Below, in pieces: positions 34,433 through 44,236 of a stretch of 45,171 nucleotides of DNA (position 1 is the first letter of the stretch; every line of letters begins with the position of its first letter). This DNA is from Dehalococcoidia bacterium. GTDB lineage: Bacteria; Chloroflexota; Dehalococcoidia; GIF9; AB-539-J10. The notes beneath the pieces were generated by a model. That model was not told the origin of the DNA. It did not search any database and saw only the letters and a list, made by a program, of their open reading frames with translations. The stretch lies in assembly GCA_034414335.1 (NCBI GenBank), contig DAOUMB010000068.1:1-45171 (forward strand), read 5' to 3'. The translations under genes and the position numbers were made by a program.

Positions 34433-35986
34433 TCACACAGGAATATTTCCATGCTTCTTGGGTGGTCTCGTCTCCCGCTTGGTGGAGAGAAGCTCTAAGG
34501 CACTGCATATTTTGAGACGACTCTCCCGTGGTAGAATAACTTCGTCGACATATCCCCGCGAGGCGGCAATATAAGGATTGTATAGTAAATCACGATATTC
34601 CTGAATCTTTTCCTGCTCCTTTGCCTTAGGATCCGGCGCAGCCTCTATTTCCTTGCGAAATATGACGGGCGTAGCTCCTTCAGCACCCATTACTGCAATC
34701 TCCGCCGTAGGCCAAGCGAAAACATAATCAGCACCCAAATCTTTGCCACACATAGCAAGATATGAGCCTCCATAGTCCTTACGAATGACTAGAGTGATCT
34801 TAGGAACCGTAGCCTCGGAGTAAGCCCATAAAAGCTTAGCACCATGCCTTATTATGCCTGCCCATTCTTGATCTGTTCCTGGCAAGTAACCAGGGACATC
34901 GGCAATGGTGAGTAGGGGGATGTTGAAGGCATCGCAGAACCTGATAAATCTGGTGATTTTATCCGAAGCGTTGACATCAAGACACCCGGCGAGATGCATA
35001 GGTTGATTAGCGATAATACCCACTGTTCTACCATTAAGTCTGGCAAAACAGATAATTGCGTTTCGAGCATAATGGTAATGGGGCTCCAGCATCTCACTGT
35101 TATCCACAATAGATTGGATAACATCTCTCATATCATAGACCTTACTGGCCTCGTCTGGTATTATACTGTCGAGAGCAGGGTCAACTCGGTCTGGCTCATC
35201 ACTAGGCTCAATTAAAGGGGGGTCCTCCATATTATTTGAAGGAAGGTAACTCAGAAGCTTTTTCATGAGTTCAATAGCCTCGGCATCACTATCGCAGGCA
35301 AAATGGCACACACCACTTTTGGTAGCATGGGTCGTGGCACCACCCAGCTCTTCAGAAGTGATTTCCTCCCCGGTAACCTGTTTGATAACTACAGGGCCGG
35401 TAATGTGCATATAGCTTGTCCCCCTTGTCATGAACACCCAATCCGTCATAGCAGGTGAATAGACTGCCCCACCAGCAGTAGGCCCCATAATTGCCGAAAG
35501 CTGGGGAATAACCCCTGAAGCTGCTGAATTTCGGAAAAATATCCGCCCATAGCCCGAAAGGGCATCAACCCCTTCCTGAATCCGAGCTCCCCCAGAGTCA
35601 TTAAAGCCTACCATTGGGACACCACACTTCATGGCTAAATCCATCACCTTGCATATTTTCTTGGCGTGCATCTCACCTAGTGTCCCCCCCATGGAGGTAA
35701 AGTCTTGGGAAAAAGCACACAATGGACGCCCATTTACTGTCCCATAGCCGGTAATAACTCCTTCCGCAGGGACATGAATCTTATCCATGCCAAACAGAGT
35801 AGCTCGATGCTGAACAAACAAATCAAGCTCATGGAAGCTACCAGAGTCAAAAAATAAATCGAGCCTCTCACGAGCAGTTAGTTTCCCCAATTTGTGCTGC
35901 TTTTCTACCCGCTCTGCACCTCCCAAGGCTCTTTCCTTTCTTTCCTTATCTTGTAATTCTTTTAACCGCTCATCAACCTTGCCCAT
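34433..35986 (-). CDS. methylmalonyl-CoA carboxyltransferase 12S subunit / propionyl-CoA carboxylase beta-type
   Basis: 517 aa. It resembles the carboxyl_trans family along its full length (GKLTARERLDLFFD, FTSMGGTLGEMHAKKI, NDSGGARIQEG, GPTAGGAVYSPA, AYGGSY-like DYGGSYLAM). Confidence 0.9.
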   Translation of the reverse strand: MGKVDERLKELQDKERKERALGGAERVEKQHKLGKLTARERLDLFFDSGSFHELDLFVQHRATLFGMDKIHVPAEGVITGYGTVNGRPLCAFSQDFTSMGGTLGEMHAKKICKVMDLAMKCGVPMVGFNDSGGARIQEGVDALSGYGRIFFRNSAASGVIPQLSAIMGPTAGGAVYSPAMTDWVFMTRGTSYMHITGPVVIKQVTGEEITSEELGGATTHATKSGVCHFACDSDAEAIELMKKLLSYLPSNNMEDPPLIEPSDEPDRVDPALDSIIPDEASKVYDMRDVIQSIVDNSEMLEPHYHYARNAIICFARLNGRTVGIIANQPMHLAGCLDVNASDKITRFIRFCDAFNIPLLTIADVPGYLPGTDQEWAGIIRHGAKLLWAYSEATVPKITLVIRKDYGGSYLAMCGKDLGADYVFAWPTAEIAVMGAEGATPVIFRKEIEAAPDPKAKEQEKIQEYRDLLYNPYIAASRGYVDEVILPRESRLKICSALELLSTKRETRPPKKHGNIPV

Positions 35987-36321
35987 CTAAATTCCTCCTT
36001 ACAAATTAACTTCACAAAGGGAATCTATTTTAAACCGAATTCGCAACTAAGGCAACTTCTTGACCCTGCAGAGCGACTGCCAAGATTTTTTGGGTTATAA
36101 CACCACAATTTGTTGCAGTGTCACCCCGCTGGTAGGCCTGACCTTTATCCTTTGCAGGTTACCGCCAGCAAGTACCGAAGTGGGTATTAGCAGTTGCGCT
36201 ACTATATTCCGTGCTTGTAGTTTAAGCTTGATTTTAGGCATAATAGTTGTCGCTGCCTTGAGTGGAAAGTAGAACTGAGCTTAGAATCAAAGAGCTTGAC
36301 AGCCCAGCTTAGAATGATAAT

Positions 36322-37002
36322 ATGGAGGGAATCTTGAAACCACGACTAATTGCTATAGATGGCCCTGTGGCAGTGGGCAAGACTAGTGTTGGCTCACTAT
36401 TAGCAAGAAGATTAGGCTATGTTTTCTTCGACACAGGCATGCTGTATCGAGCATTTACCTGGAAAGTTCTTAAATCGGGTATCTCCCCAAGTGACGAAAA
36501 CAAGCTTTGCCACCTAGCCAGTTCAAGCAAATTTGATTTTGTTCCCTCCCAAGAAGGGTATCTTTCACCTCTCGTTGATGGTGAAAATATCTCCCGCGAA
36601 CTGCTTCGCCCTGAAATAGAGAAACAGGTTTCTCTGATATCAAAGGTAGCAGGAGTTCGCCGAGCACTAGTGTCGGAACAACGTAAGTTAGCCCAGCGAG
36701 GAAATGTAGTAATGGCAGGCAGGGACATTAGCACAGTAGTTTTGCCCTGGGCAGAACTAAAGATTTTCCTCACTGCCTCTACTGAAGAGAGAGCCAAGCG
36801 CCGCTACAATGAATTACTAGAACGGGGAGAAAATTCAAGCTTCGAAAGCGTCCTCGTTGAGCTAAAAAGGCGAGACGAGATGGATATCCAAAGGATTGTC
36901 TCGCCACTTAAACCCGCTGAGGATGCCATAATTATCAATACGGAAAATCTTAGTCTGGAGAAAGTTGTAAAAAAAATATATGCTTTGGCGGTAAATCAAT
37001 GA
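36322..37002 (+). CDS. cmk: cytidylate kinase
   Basis: IAIDGPVAVGKTSVGSLLARRLGYVFFDTGMLYRA and VMAGRDISTVVLP are canonical Cmk motifs. Confidence 0.9.
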   Translation: MEGILKPRLIAIDGPVAVGKTSVGSLLARRLGYVFFDTGMLYRAFTWKVLKSGISPSDENKLCHLASSSKFDFVPSQEGYLSPLVDGENISRELLRPEIEKQVSLISKVAGVRRALVSEQRKLAQRGNVVMAGRDISTVVLPWAELKIFLTASTEERAKRRYNELLERGENSSFESVLVELKRRDEMDIQRIVSPLKPAEDAIIINTENLSLEKVVKKIYALAVNQ

Positions 37003-37649
37003 CCCTCTCCCAACGAATTGTCCTGGCCATATGTAGGCCTTTGCTCAATATTCTTTTCCCTTGGAAAGTTAAAGGAAGAGAAAATATACCCTTAACTGGT
37101 CCACTCATTGTAATAGCCAACCATATTCATTTTCTTGATCCATTCTTTCTACTGTGGAGCTTTCCGCGGTGGATTAATTTCATGGCAAAAGAGGAACTTT
37201 TCCGTCCTCTTCTTTTGAGACCGGTTCTCCGCTGGTCCCGGTCTTTCTCCATACGCCGTCGAGGGAAGTTTGAAGAGAAGAAAAAAGCAATCAGGAGCGC
37301 CAAAGAAATATTGGACGGGGGATTAATCCTAGGAATGTTCCCAGAGGGCAGCAGAAGTCGCGATGGCAAACTCAGAAAGGGCAAAGCAGGCTCCGCAGTT
37401 ATAGCCGCAAAAACAAATGTCTCCCTTCTTCCTATCGGCATCATCGGCACAGATAAGATCAAAGGCATAAGCTGGCCATGGAATCGCCCTAGCATAGTTA
37501 TCAACATTGGCAAGCCTTTTAAGCTTCCTCCAACCGATGGCAAGTTGAGCAAATCGCAAATGCAATTATTAACCGCACAACTAATGGGTGAAATCGCCGC
37601 TCTTTTGCCACCTGAATATCAAGGCACCTCTAAAGAACATGAAGATTGA
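36999..37649 (+). CDS. plsC: 1-acyl-sn-glycerol-3-phosphate acyltransferase
   Basis: It has the HX4D motif (NHIHFLDP) and the FPEGSRS motif. There is a 4-nt overlap with cmk. Confidence 0.85.
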   Translation: MTLSQRIVLAICRPLLNILFPWKVKGRENIPLTGPLIVIANHIHFLDPFFLLWSFPRWINFMAKEELFRPLLLRPVLRWSRSFSIRRRGKFEEKKKAIRSAKEILDGGLILGMFPEGSRSRDGKLRKGKAGSAVIAAKTNVSLLPIGIIGTDKIKGISWPWNRPSIVINIGKPFKLPPTDGKLSKSQMQLLTAQLMGEIAALLPPEYQGTSKEHED

Positions 37650-38481
37650 AAGGGCTAAAGAGCTGGGCCTATGCTTTGGCGTTAGGCGTGCCATCAAGTT
37701 GCTGAAGGAGGCGGTGAACAAATACGGAGAGCTAGAAACACTGGGACCTCTAGCACACAATCGCCTGCTAGTGGAAGCATTGACCGATCTGGGAATAAAG
37801 CCGATCAATCATCTTGACCAAGTTCAAGGCAGAATCTTGGCTGTCACTACTCATGGTGTAAGCCCGGCGGTGCTATTTGAGATCAAAGCTCGCCACATTC
37901 ATATGATTGATACCACTTGTCCCATAGTTCGCAAGGCCCAAAACATGGCAAAGGAATTAGCCGAGACTGGTTTTGACGTCATCGTCTTTGGGGAAGCAGA
38001 GCACTCTGAAGTCCAAGGGCTGCTAGGTTGGACAGGAGACAAAGGCCTAGCTGCGCTAAACATAAGGCAATTAGATAGGTCAGGAAAATCACTATCACGC
38101 CTGGGCATTATTTCCCAGACAACCCAAACGCGGTCTGCCTTTATCGAATTTGCCAGGCAGCTTATGACTATGGTTAATCCTAAGATCGAGGAAATGCGCC
38201 TGGTAAATACTTTATGTCAGGTAACACAAAGACAGCAAGAAGCTGCTATGAGATTAGCTCGCAGGAGCCAACTCATGGTCGTGATAGGCGGAGGTAATAG
38301 CGCCAATACCAGGCGCCTTCTTGAAATCTGTTCTCCTCTAGTGGAAACTCATTTGGTGGAAACAGCAGACGAGGTCGACAATTCTTGGCTCTTGAGTAAG
38401 CACCATGTTGGTATTACTGCTGGAGCATCCACCCCAGATGAAGCTGTAGAAGAACTAGTAGCCAAGTTGAAATCTCCATAA
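37639..38481 (+). CDS. ispH: 4-hydroxy-3-methylbut-2-enyl diphosphate reductase
   Basis: MKIERAKELGLCFGVRRAI is the IspH/LytB N-terminus and DTTCPIV and ITAGASTP are present. The start is at ATG 37639. The ORF-track start at 37588 lies inside plsC. Confidence 0.9.
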   Translation: MKIERAKELGLCFGVRRAIKLLKEAVNKYGELETLGPLAHNRLLVEALTDLGIKPINHLDQVQGRILAVTTHGVSPAVLFEIKARHIHMIDTTCPIVRKAQNMAKELAETGFDVIVFGEAEHSEVQGLLGWTGDKGLAALNIRQLDRSGKSLSRLGIISQTTQTRSAFIEFARQLMTMVNPKIEEMRLVNTLCQVTQRQQEAAMRLARRSQLMVVIGGGNSANTRRLLEICSPLVETHLVETADEVDNSWLLSKHHVGITAGASTPDEAVEELVAKLKSP

Positions 38482-38484
38482 TTT

Positions 38485-38832
38485 TTAGCCAAACTTGCCG
38501 CTCAGCCTCCTGCCACCAATAAGGTGAAGATGGAGGTGCGGCACTAGCTGTCCTCCGTCAAAGCCACAATTTATGACTAAACGATAACCACTCTTGGCTA
38601 TCCCTTCCTTTTCAGCGAGATTCTTGGCTAAGATTATAAGACGTCCGGCGATATCTTGTTGTTCCTCAGTAAGCTCAGCTAAATATGTAATATGAGTCTT
38701 AGGTATAATAAGCACGTGTGTAGGTGCTTGGGGCGAGATGTCCCAAAACGCCAGAAAATCTTCATCCTGATAGATTATCTCACTAGGCACTTCACCAGCA
38801 ACAATTCGGCAAAAAATACATTCCTCTGCCAT
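38485..38832 (-). CDS. HIT (histidine triad) family protein
   Basis: CIFCRIVAGEVPS and the histidine-triad motif HLHLHLIGG. Confidence 0.9.
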   Translation of the reverse strand: MAEECIFCRIVAGEVPSEIIYQDEDFLAFWDISPQAPTHVLIIPKTHITYLAELTEEQQDIAGRLIILAKNLAEKEGIAKSGYRLVINCGFDGGQLVPHLHLHLIGGRRLSGKFG

Positions 38833-38844
38833 AATCTAACTCCC

Positions 38845-40056
38845 CTAACCTATTATACCTTCTACTCGCAAATTCTCAATCTCGTTCTGGTTATACCCTA
38901 ATTCCTGCAATATTTCATTAGTGTGTTCACCAAGAAGTGGAGATAAAGTTCTCACCTTGCCTGGCATATCTGAAAGCTTAGGAGCGATGCCAACCTGTTT
39001 GATTTTGCCCAAAGCAGGGTGTTCCACCTCTATCACCATTTGGCGATGGAGCACCTGTGGGTCACTGAAGACCTCGTCCGGTGTATAAACTTTGCCTGCC
39101 GGGATATCACTGTGAGTCAACAATTCGAACCATTCATCTCTTGTCTTAGTTAGGAAAGTCTGCTTCAAAAAAGAGCGGATTTCATCCCATCTCTTATCTT
39201 CCGGTTTATGCATGGTGTGCTCCGAAGCAAAGTGATAAGGGATGTAATCCTCCCTTCCCAAAAGTCGACACAGGTTCTCCCAAAAATGTGGTTCGATGCA
39301 GCCAATAGTAATATATTTACCATCCTTGGTTTCATATACTCCATAATAGGGATATGCACCGTGAAGCCATGATTGACCCCTCTTCAACACCGACCCGTCA
39401 AAAAAGTAGTCATAAGTAAACCACGTCATAAGTGATACTGCTCCATCTATATAAGCTGCATCGACATATTGCCCTTTGCCTGTCTTACTTCTAGCCACCA
39501 AAGCTACTGAAATACCCAAAGCTCCATATAAAGCTGCACCAGCGAAGTCAGCAACCAGATTTAAGGGGATAACTGGAGGGCCTTCGCGGGAACCGATTAA
39601 GCCTAGAACACCAGCCATAGCTATATAGTTGATATCATGCCCAGGGAAAGCCTGATAGGGGCCCTCTTGACCATAGCCACTAAGCGAGCAGTACACGATC
39701 CTAGGATTTAACTTACTTATGGTTGCATAATCTATCCCCAAGCGTTTGGCTACTCCTGGTCTAAAACCCTCAATAATAACGTCTGCTTGCTTGGAAAGGC
39801 GGTAAAATATTTCCCGTCCTGCTTCTGACTTTAGGTTAACCGTTATGCTTTTTTTGTTACGATTAGGGGCATAGTAAGCTGCTTTTTTTCGGTTTTCCTC
39901 CCCTTGAAGCGACCTAGATGAACCCACAAATTCAGTTAGTCCCGGCGTCTCAACCTTAACTACCTCAGCCCCCAAATCTCCCAGGAGCATAGTGCAAAAT
40001 GTACCTGGAATCACCCTTGACAAATCCAAAATTTTCACGCCTTCCAAAGCTAGCAT
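38845..40056 (-). CDS. family III CoA-transferase (CaiB/BaiF/Frc type)
   Basis: The N-terminus LEGVKILDLSRVIPGTFCTMLLGDLGAEVVKVE and the motifs GFRPGV and GHDINY are family signatures. Substrates are not inferable from the sequence. Confidence 0.88.
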   Translation of the reverse strand: MLALEGVKILDLSRVIPGTFCTMLLGDLGAEVVKVETPGLTEFVGSSRSLQGEENRKKAAYYAPNRNKKSITVNLKSEAGREIFYRLSKQADVIIEGFRPGVAKRLGIDYATISKLNPRIVYCSLSGYGQEGPYQAFPGHDINYIAMAGVLGLIGSREGPPVIPLNLVADFAGAALYGALGISVALVARSKTGKGQYVDAAYIDGAVSLMTWFTYDYFFDGSVLKRGQSWLHGAYPYYGVYETKDGKYITIGCIEPHFWENLCRLLGREDYIPYHFASEHTMHKPEDKRWDEIRSFLKQTFLTKTRDEWFELLTHSDIPAGKVYTPDEVFSDPQVLHRQMVIEVEHPALGKIKQVGIAPKLSDMPGKVRTLSPLLGEHTNEILQELGYNQNEIENLRVEGIIG

Positions 40057-40210
40057 ATCTCCTCCTCAAATTGATTAATTGACCATTATAAGCCATTTAT
40101 GCAAGCTTTTGCATTTTTCACCCTAATATGCTAAATTAAAACAAAAGAAGTGAAACTAAAGGTGGGGTTCACCCACTTTTTTGTTAAATAGAAAAATTAA
40201 AAAGGGGAAA

Positions 40211-41560
40211 ATGAAAACAGAGCTTATGGCTGCGGTCACTCAGCTTTCGGCTGAGAGGAACTTGCCTAAAGAGGTGGTCTTGGCCGCCTTGGAATCCGCA
40301 CTGGCCTCGGCATATAAAAAAGATACATCAGCTCTAGATCAAGATGTTTTGGTAAAAGTTGACCCTAACGCTGGTAAAATCGATTTCTATATTCAGAAGG
40401 TTGTGGTCGAGGCAGTTGCCAACCCAAATCGCGAAATCCCCATTGATGAAGCTCAAAAGCTGCAGGCTACAGCACAAGTTGGTGACGTAATAAACATAGA
40501 ATGCACACCCCGAAATATTGGTCGTATCGCTGCTCAAACAGCAAGACAGGTCGTTCTGCAGCGATTGCGCGAAGCAGAGCACCACGCTATCTATGAAGAG
40601 TTCACTGATAGGGAAGGGGAGGTTGTTACTGGAGCAATTCAATTCACCGAACCTAAACGAATTTATGTCAGACTGAATAGGACAGAGGCGATACTCCCTC
40701 CGAATGAACAGGTTCCTACTGAACATTACTATAAAGGGCAGCGACTCAAATTTTATCTTCTCGAGATAGTCCAGGGGGACAAAGGGCCTCAAATAATACT
40801 TTCGCGCTCGCACCCTAACCTGATACGTCGTCTCTTTGAGCTGGAAATTCCTGAAGTTCACAATGGGATTGTGGAGTTAAAAGCCATAGCTCGTGAGGCT
40901 GGACATCGAACTAAAGTAGCAGTGGCAACTACTCAACAAAGTGTTGACCCCGTAGGTTGCTGTCTTGGTCCCCGGGGCATAAGGCTCCAGAGTATCATCC
41001 ATGAACTAAACGGCGAAAAAATAGATATAATCCAGTGGGATGCCGACCCAGGGGTGTTTATCTCTAATGCCCTCAGCCCAGCTCAGGTAGCAAGCATCAA
41101 AATCGGTGAAGAGGAAAAGGTAGCTACAGTAATTGTCCCTGATAAACAACTCTCCTTAGCTATAGGCAAAGAGGGACAGAACGCCAGGTTAGCAGCAAAG
41201 CTCACAGGCTGGCGAATTGATATCAAGAGCGTCTCCGCTATTGAGATGGAAAGGGCTGTCCCGCAAGAGATAGAAGAGGAAGCCATTTCCCCTGAAGTTG
41301 TGGAAGAGGAGCCGGTTGAAGCAGAGCTGGCTGAGGGTATTGGGGTGGAAGAGCCGGTTGAATTTCCAGCCATTTCAGAAGCTCCACCTGAGAAGATTGA
41401 GGAAAAACAAATTCGTTTTGCTGAAGATATCTTACTAGGTGCGTTAAAAGCAGGAACACCGGACAAGGAGAAAAGCGTAATTAAAGGTAAAAGGAAGGGA
41501 AAGGTAATAAAGTATAAAAAGCAAGAGGACCATTTTGTAGACGATGAGATCGAAGAATAA
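40211..41560 (+). CDS. nusA: transcription termination/antitermination factor NusA
   Basis: [31 protein letters not shown] is the NusA N-terminus, followed by S1 and KH regions ([33 protein letters not shown]). The ATG at 40211 has an AAAGGGG RBS. Confidence 0.92.
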   Translation: MKTELMAAVTQLSAERNLPKEVVLAALESALASAYKKDTSALDQDVLVKVDPNAGKIDFYIQKVVVEAVANPNREIPIDEAQKLQATAQVGDVINIECTPRNIGRIAAQTARQVVLQRLREAEHHAIYEEFTDREGEVVTGAIQFTEPKRIYVRLNRTEAILPPNEQVPTEHYYKGQRLKFYLLEIVQGDKGPQIILSRSHPNLIRRLFELEIPEVHNGIVELKAIAREAGHRTKVAVATTQQSVDPVGCCLGPRGIRLQSIIHELNGEKIDIIQWDADPGVFISNALSPAQVASIKIGEEEKVATVIVPDKQLSLAIGKEGQNARLAAKLTGWRIDIKSVSAIEMERAVPQEIEEEAISPEVVEEEPVEAELAEGIGVEEPVEFPAISEAPPEKIEEKQIRFAEDILLGALKAGTPDKEKSVIKGKRKGKVIKYKKQEDHFVDDEIEE

Positions 41561-41828
41561 GCATCTACCTCAGCGTACTTGCATCGCTTGTCGGCAGATT
41601 AATGAGAAGAAATCATTGATTCGCTTAGTGCGTACTGGGAACGGAATTGCTGAATTAGATATATCTGGTAAGAAGCCGGGTAGGGGTGCTTACTTATGCC
41701 CTAAGAAAGTTTGTTGGGAAATGGCGCTAAGAAAGAATCGCTTGGAACATGCTTTGCGAACGAAACTTAGCGATGACAATCGCCAAATCTTAATTGCATA
41801 TAGCCATAACTTGTCAGAGGTAAATTAA
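41544..41828 (+). CDS. ylxR: YlxR/DUF448 family RNA-binding protein
   Basis: QRTCIACRQ...LIRLVR...GRGAYLC matches the family, and the position between nusA and infB is conserved. Confidence 0.85.
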   Translation: MRSKNKHLPQRTCIACRQINEKKSLIRLVRTGNGIAELDISGKKPGRGAYLCPKKVCWEMALRKNRLEHALRTKLSDDNRQILIAYSHNLSEVN

Positions 41829-41830
41829 AG

Positions 41831-43576
41831 TTGGGTGATAACAAGTTAAAGGAAGACCTACCACAAGTTGAGCTTCCTGCTTCCACAACTGTGCGGCAAT
41901 TGGCCGACGCACTAAAAGTAGAGCCCGTAAAGATAATCAAACAGCTCATGCGCAAAGGAATCATGGCCAATATTAACCAAGTAATAGACTTTGATACCGC
42001 AACCACAATAGCCAGAGACTTGGGTTATAATGTTAAAGCGGCAGCAGAGCGTAGAGCTTTGCCTTCACGCAAGGCAGGAACAAAAGGGCGATTGTCAGTT
42101 CGTCCCCCAGTGGTTACTGTCATGGGACATGTTGACCATGGCAAGACCACCCTCCTTGATGCTATCAGAAAGACTAACGTGACTGCTCATGAGGTAGGAG
42201 CGATTACCCAACACATTGGTGCCTACCAGGTCTTCACGGATGGGCGCAAAATCACCTTTTTGGATACACCAGGGCACGAGGCTTTCACTGCCATGAGAGC
42301 CCGCGGAGCACAGGCAACTGATATTGTAGTTTTGGTGGTTGCCGCTGATGACGGTGTTATGCCTCAGACTTTAGAAGCTATAGACCACGCCAAGGCTGCC
42401 GAAGTGCCCATAGTAGTTGCCATCAATAAGATTGACAAACCTGATGCTAATCCCGAACATGTAAAACAGCAGCTTGCCGACCTGGGTTTGCTTATTGAGG
42501 AGTGGGGTGGTGATACCGTTTGTGTACCCGTATCAGCCAAGCAAAATCAGGGAATACCAGATTTATTGGAAAACCTATTCTTAGTTGCTGACATATTGGA
42601 CCTAAAAGCTGATCTCGATTGTGTGGCTGAGGGAGTGGTCATCGAAGCCAAACTAGACAAAACCAAAGGTCCTTTAGCCACTCTTCTTGTCCGGGAAGGC
42701 ATTCTTAAACCAGGGGACGTTGTAATAGCTGGAGATACTTGGGGCAAAATTAAAGCTATGTTCGATGATAAAGGAAAGCAGGTCCGCAAAGCTGAGCCTT
42801 CATCTGCGGTAGAAGTTCTCGGTATAAACGATGTGCCAAGATCAGGAGATCCCTTTAGCGTGCTTGCCGACGAACATCAAGCACGAAGCATTGTAGACAA
42901 ACAAAAATATGCAAGGGCTCGCCCCACCCTAAGTTTAAGCGCAATTTCCAGCCAAATAAGTGATGGGCAAATAAAGGAACTCAATATAGTCTTGAAGACG
43001 GATGTCGAAGGCAGCATTGAACCCATAAAAACTTCCATAGAAAGGTTGGGCCCTGATGGAGCAAGGGCTAGGGTTATCCATGCTGCTAGTGGGAGCATTA
43101 CAGAGAGTGATGTGCTTTTGGCCTCGGCTTCAAAAGGCATTATCATTGGTTTTAATACTCGTGCGTCGCCTGGAGCAACACAGCTAGCTGACACAGAAGG
43201 GGTAAGCATTCAGCACTATGAGGTAATTTACAAGCTAATAGAAGACATGGACAAGACATTGAAGGGGATGCTTGAGCCAACTTATGCTGAAGTATCCAGC
43301 GGGCGCGCCGAGGTAAGAGCTGTCTTCCCTAGCAGCAAGATTGACAAAGTAGCCGGAGTTTATGTTATGGAAGGGAAAATAGGACGGGATGCCCAAGCTA
43401 AAATATTGCGCCAAAATAAAGTTATTTTTGACTCTCGGGTCTCCAGCTTACGACGTTTTAAAGAGGATATCGCCGAAGTCTCAGCTGGTCTCGAATGTGG
43501 CCTGGGTATAGAGGGATTTGTCGATTTTCAGATTGGCGATATCATTGAATTTTACCGAAAAGAAAGAATAAACTAA
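41831..43576 (+). CDS. infB: translation initiation factor IF-2 (short form)
   Basis: It has an IF2_N helix ([16 protein letters not shown]) and a GTPase domain ([26 protein letters not shown]). The TTG start at 41831 is taken from the ORF track and the exact start is uncertain. Confidence 0.9.
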   Translation: MGDNKLKEDLPQVELPASTTVRQLADALKVEPVKIIKQLMRKGIMANINQVIDFDTATTIARDLGYNVKAAAERRALPSRKAGTKGRLSVRPPVVTVMGHVDHGKTTLLDAIRKTNVTAHEVGAITQHIGAYQVFTDGRKITFLDTPGHEAFTAMRARGAQATDIVVLVVAADDGVMPQTLEAIDHAKAAEVPIVVAINKIDKPDANPEHVKQQLADLGLLIEEWGGDTVCVPVSAKQNQGIPDLLENLFLVADILDLKADLDCVAEGVVIEAKLDKTKGPLATLLVREGILKPGDVVIAGDTWGKIKAMFDDKGKQVRKAEPSSAVEVLGINDVPRSGDPFSVLADEHQARSIVDKQKYARARPTLSLSAISSQISDGQIKELNIVLKTDVEGSIEPIKTSIERLGPDGARARVIHAASGSITESDVLLASASKGIIIGFNTRASPGATQLADTEGVSIQHYEVIYKLIEDMDKTLKGMLEPTYAEVSSGRAEVRAVFPSSKIDKVAGVYVMEGKIGRDAQAKILRQNKVIFDSRVSSLRRFKEDIAEVSAGLECGLGIEGFVDFQIGDIIEFYRKERIN

Positions 43577-43603
43577 CTATAACTTCCCAGCTAGGAGGCT
43601 CAA

Positions 43604-43951
43604 ATGAGCAGACGAAGTGAACGAACAAGTAAACTTATCCGGCGAGAAATCAGCGGACTGCTTGAGCGTGAGGTTAATGACCCTAGGCTGAGCATGCTTA
43701 TCTCAGTAACAGAAGTCTCGCTCTCACCCGACCTTAGACATGCCAAGGTATTTGTTAGCACCTTGGGCAACGAAATAAACAAGGAGGATATGCTGGCAGG
43801 CTTTAACAACGCTTCGGGATTCCTGCGCAGGGAACTTGCATCACACTTAAAATTGAAATATACACCGCAACTTAGCTTTCACTATGATGATTCTATTGAG
43901 CGGGGGGCGAGGTTACTCAAGTTGATCGGGCAAGTAACCACTAGTGAATAG
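43604..43951 (+). CDS. rbfA: ribosome-binding factor A
   Basis: RRSERTSKLIRREISGLLEREVNDPRL and the position after infB. An AGGAGG RBS is present. Confidence 0.9.
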   Translation: MSRRSERTSKLIRREISGLLEREVNDPRLSMLISVTEVSLSPDLRHAKVFVSTLGNEINKEDMLAGFNNASGFLRRELASHLKLKYTPQLSFHYDDSIERGARLLKLIGQVTTSE

Positions 43952-44053
43952 CTCTATCCCGCTTTTGTTGGGCCCGCTTTGGGGTATTGACATTTGTGTA
44001 TACAAAAAGATACTCTAAACTGGGTTTTAGCCTTAAAAACCGGGTGGTCTTCA

Positions 44054-44194
44054 ATGCAAGCATACTGTTTTAAGTGCCGAGCAAAAAGAGAGATAAAAAA
44101 TGCCCAAAATATAACTCTTAAGAACGGGAAACCAGCAATTCAGGGAATATGTTCTGTATGTGGAACCAAGGTATTTAGAATGGGCAGGGCTTGA
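44054..44194 (+). CDS. small zinc-ribbon protein (DUF5679-like)
   Basis: MQAYCFKCRAKREIKNAQNITLKNGKPAIQGICSVCGTKVFRMG has a CxxC...CxxC pattern I recognise as the DUF5679 type. The start is trimmed to the ATG at 44054. Confidence 0.6.
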   Translation: MQAYCFKCRAKREIKNAQNITLKNGKPAIQGICSVCGTKVFRMGRA

Positions 44195-44236
44195 TTCCCA
44201 TAGTAGGTTCTCCGCACTTATGAAATGGGGGTAAGA

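Noticed and set aside
36060-36272. 70-aa ORF in the 335-nt divergent spacer between the 12S gene and cmk. Also promoter-like hexamers there (TTGAGT-N18-TAGAAT, TTGACA at 36296) and a 10-nt direct repeat AGCTTAGAAT at 36278 and 36306. Similar hexamers lie upstream of nusA (TTGCAT-N17-TAAATT, 40109-40137).
   Set aside because: The ORF has a TTG start, no RBS and an odd composition. The hexamer matches are plausible but cannot be told apart from chance in AT-rich spacers without transcript data, so I did not list them as features.
40057-40210. Absence of rimP upstream of nusA. The usual rimP-nusA-infB arrangement is replaced here by a divergent CoA-transferase gene.
   Set aside because: The 154-nt spacer cannot hold rimP, and the gene may simply be elsewhere in the genome. 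This is not informative on its own.
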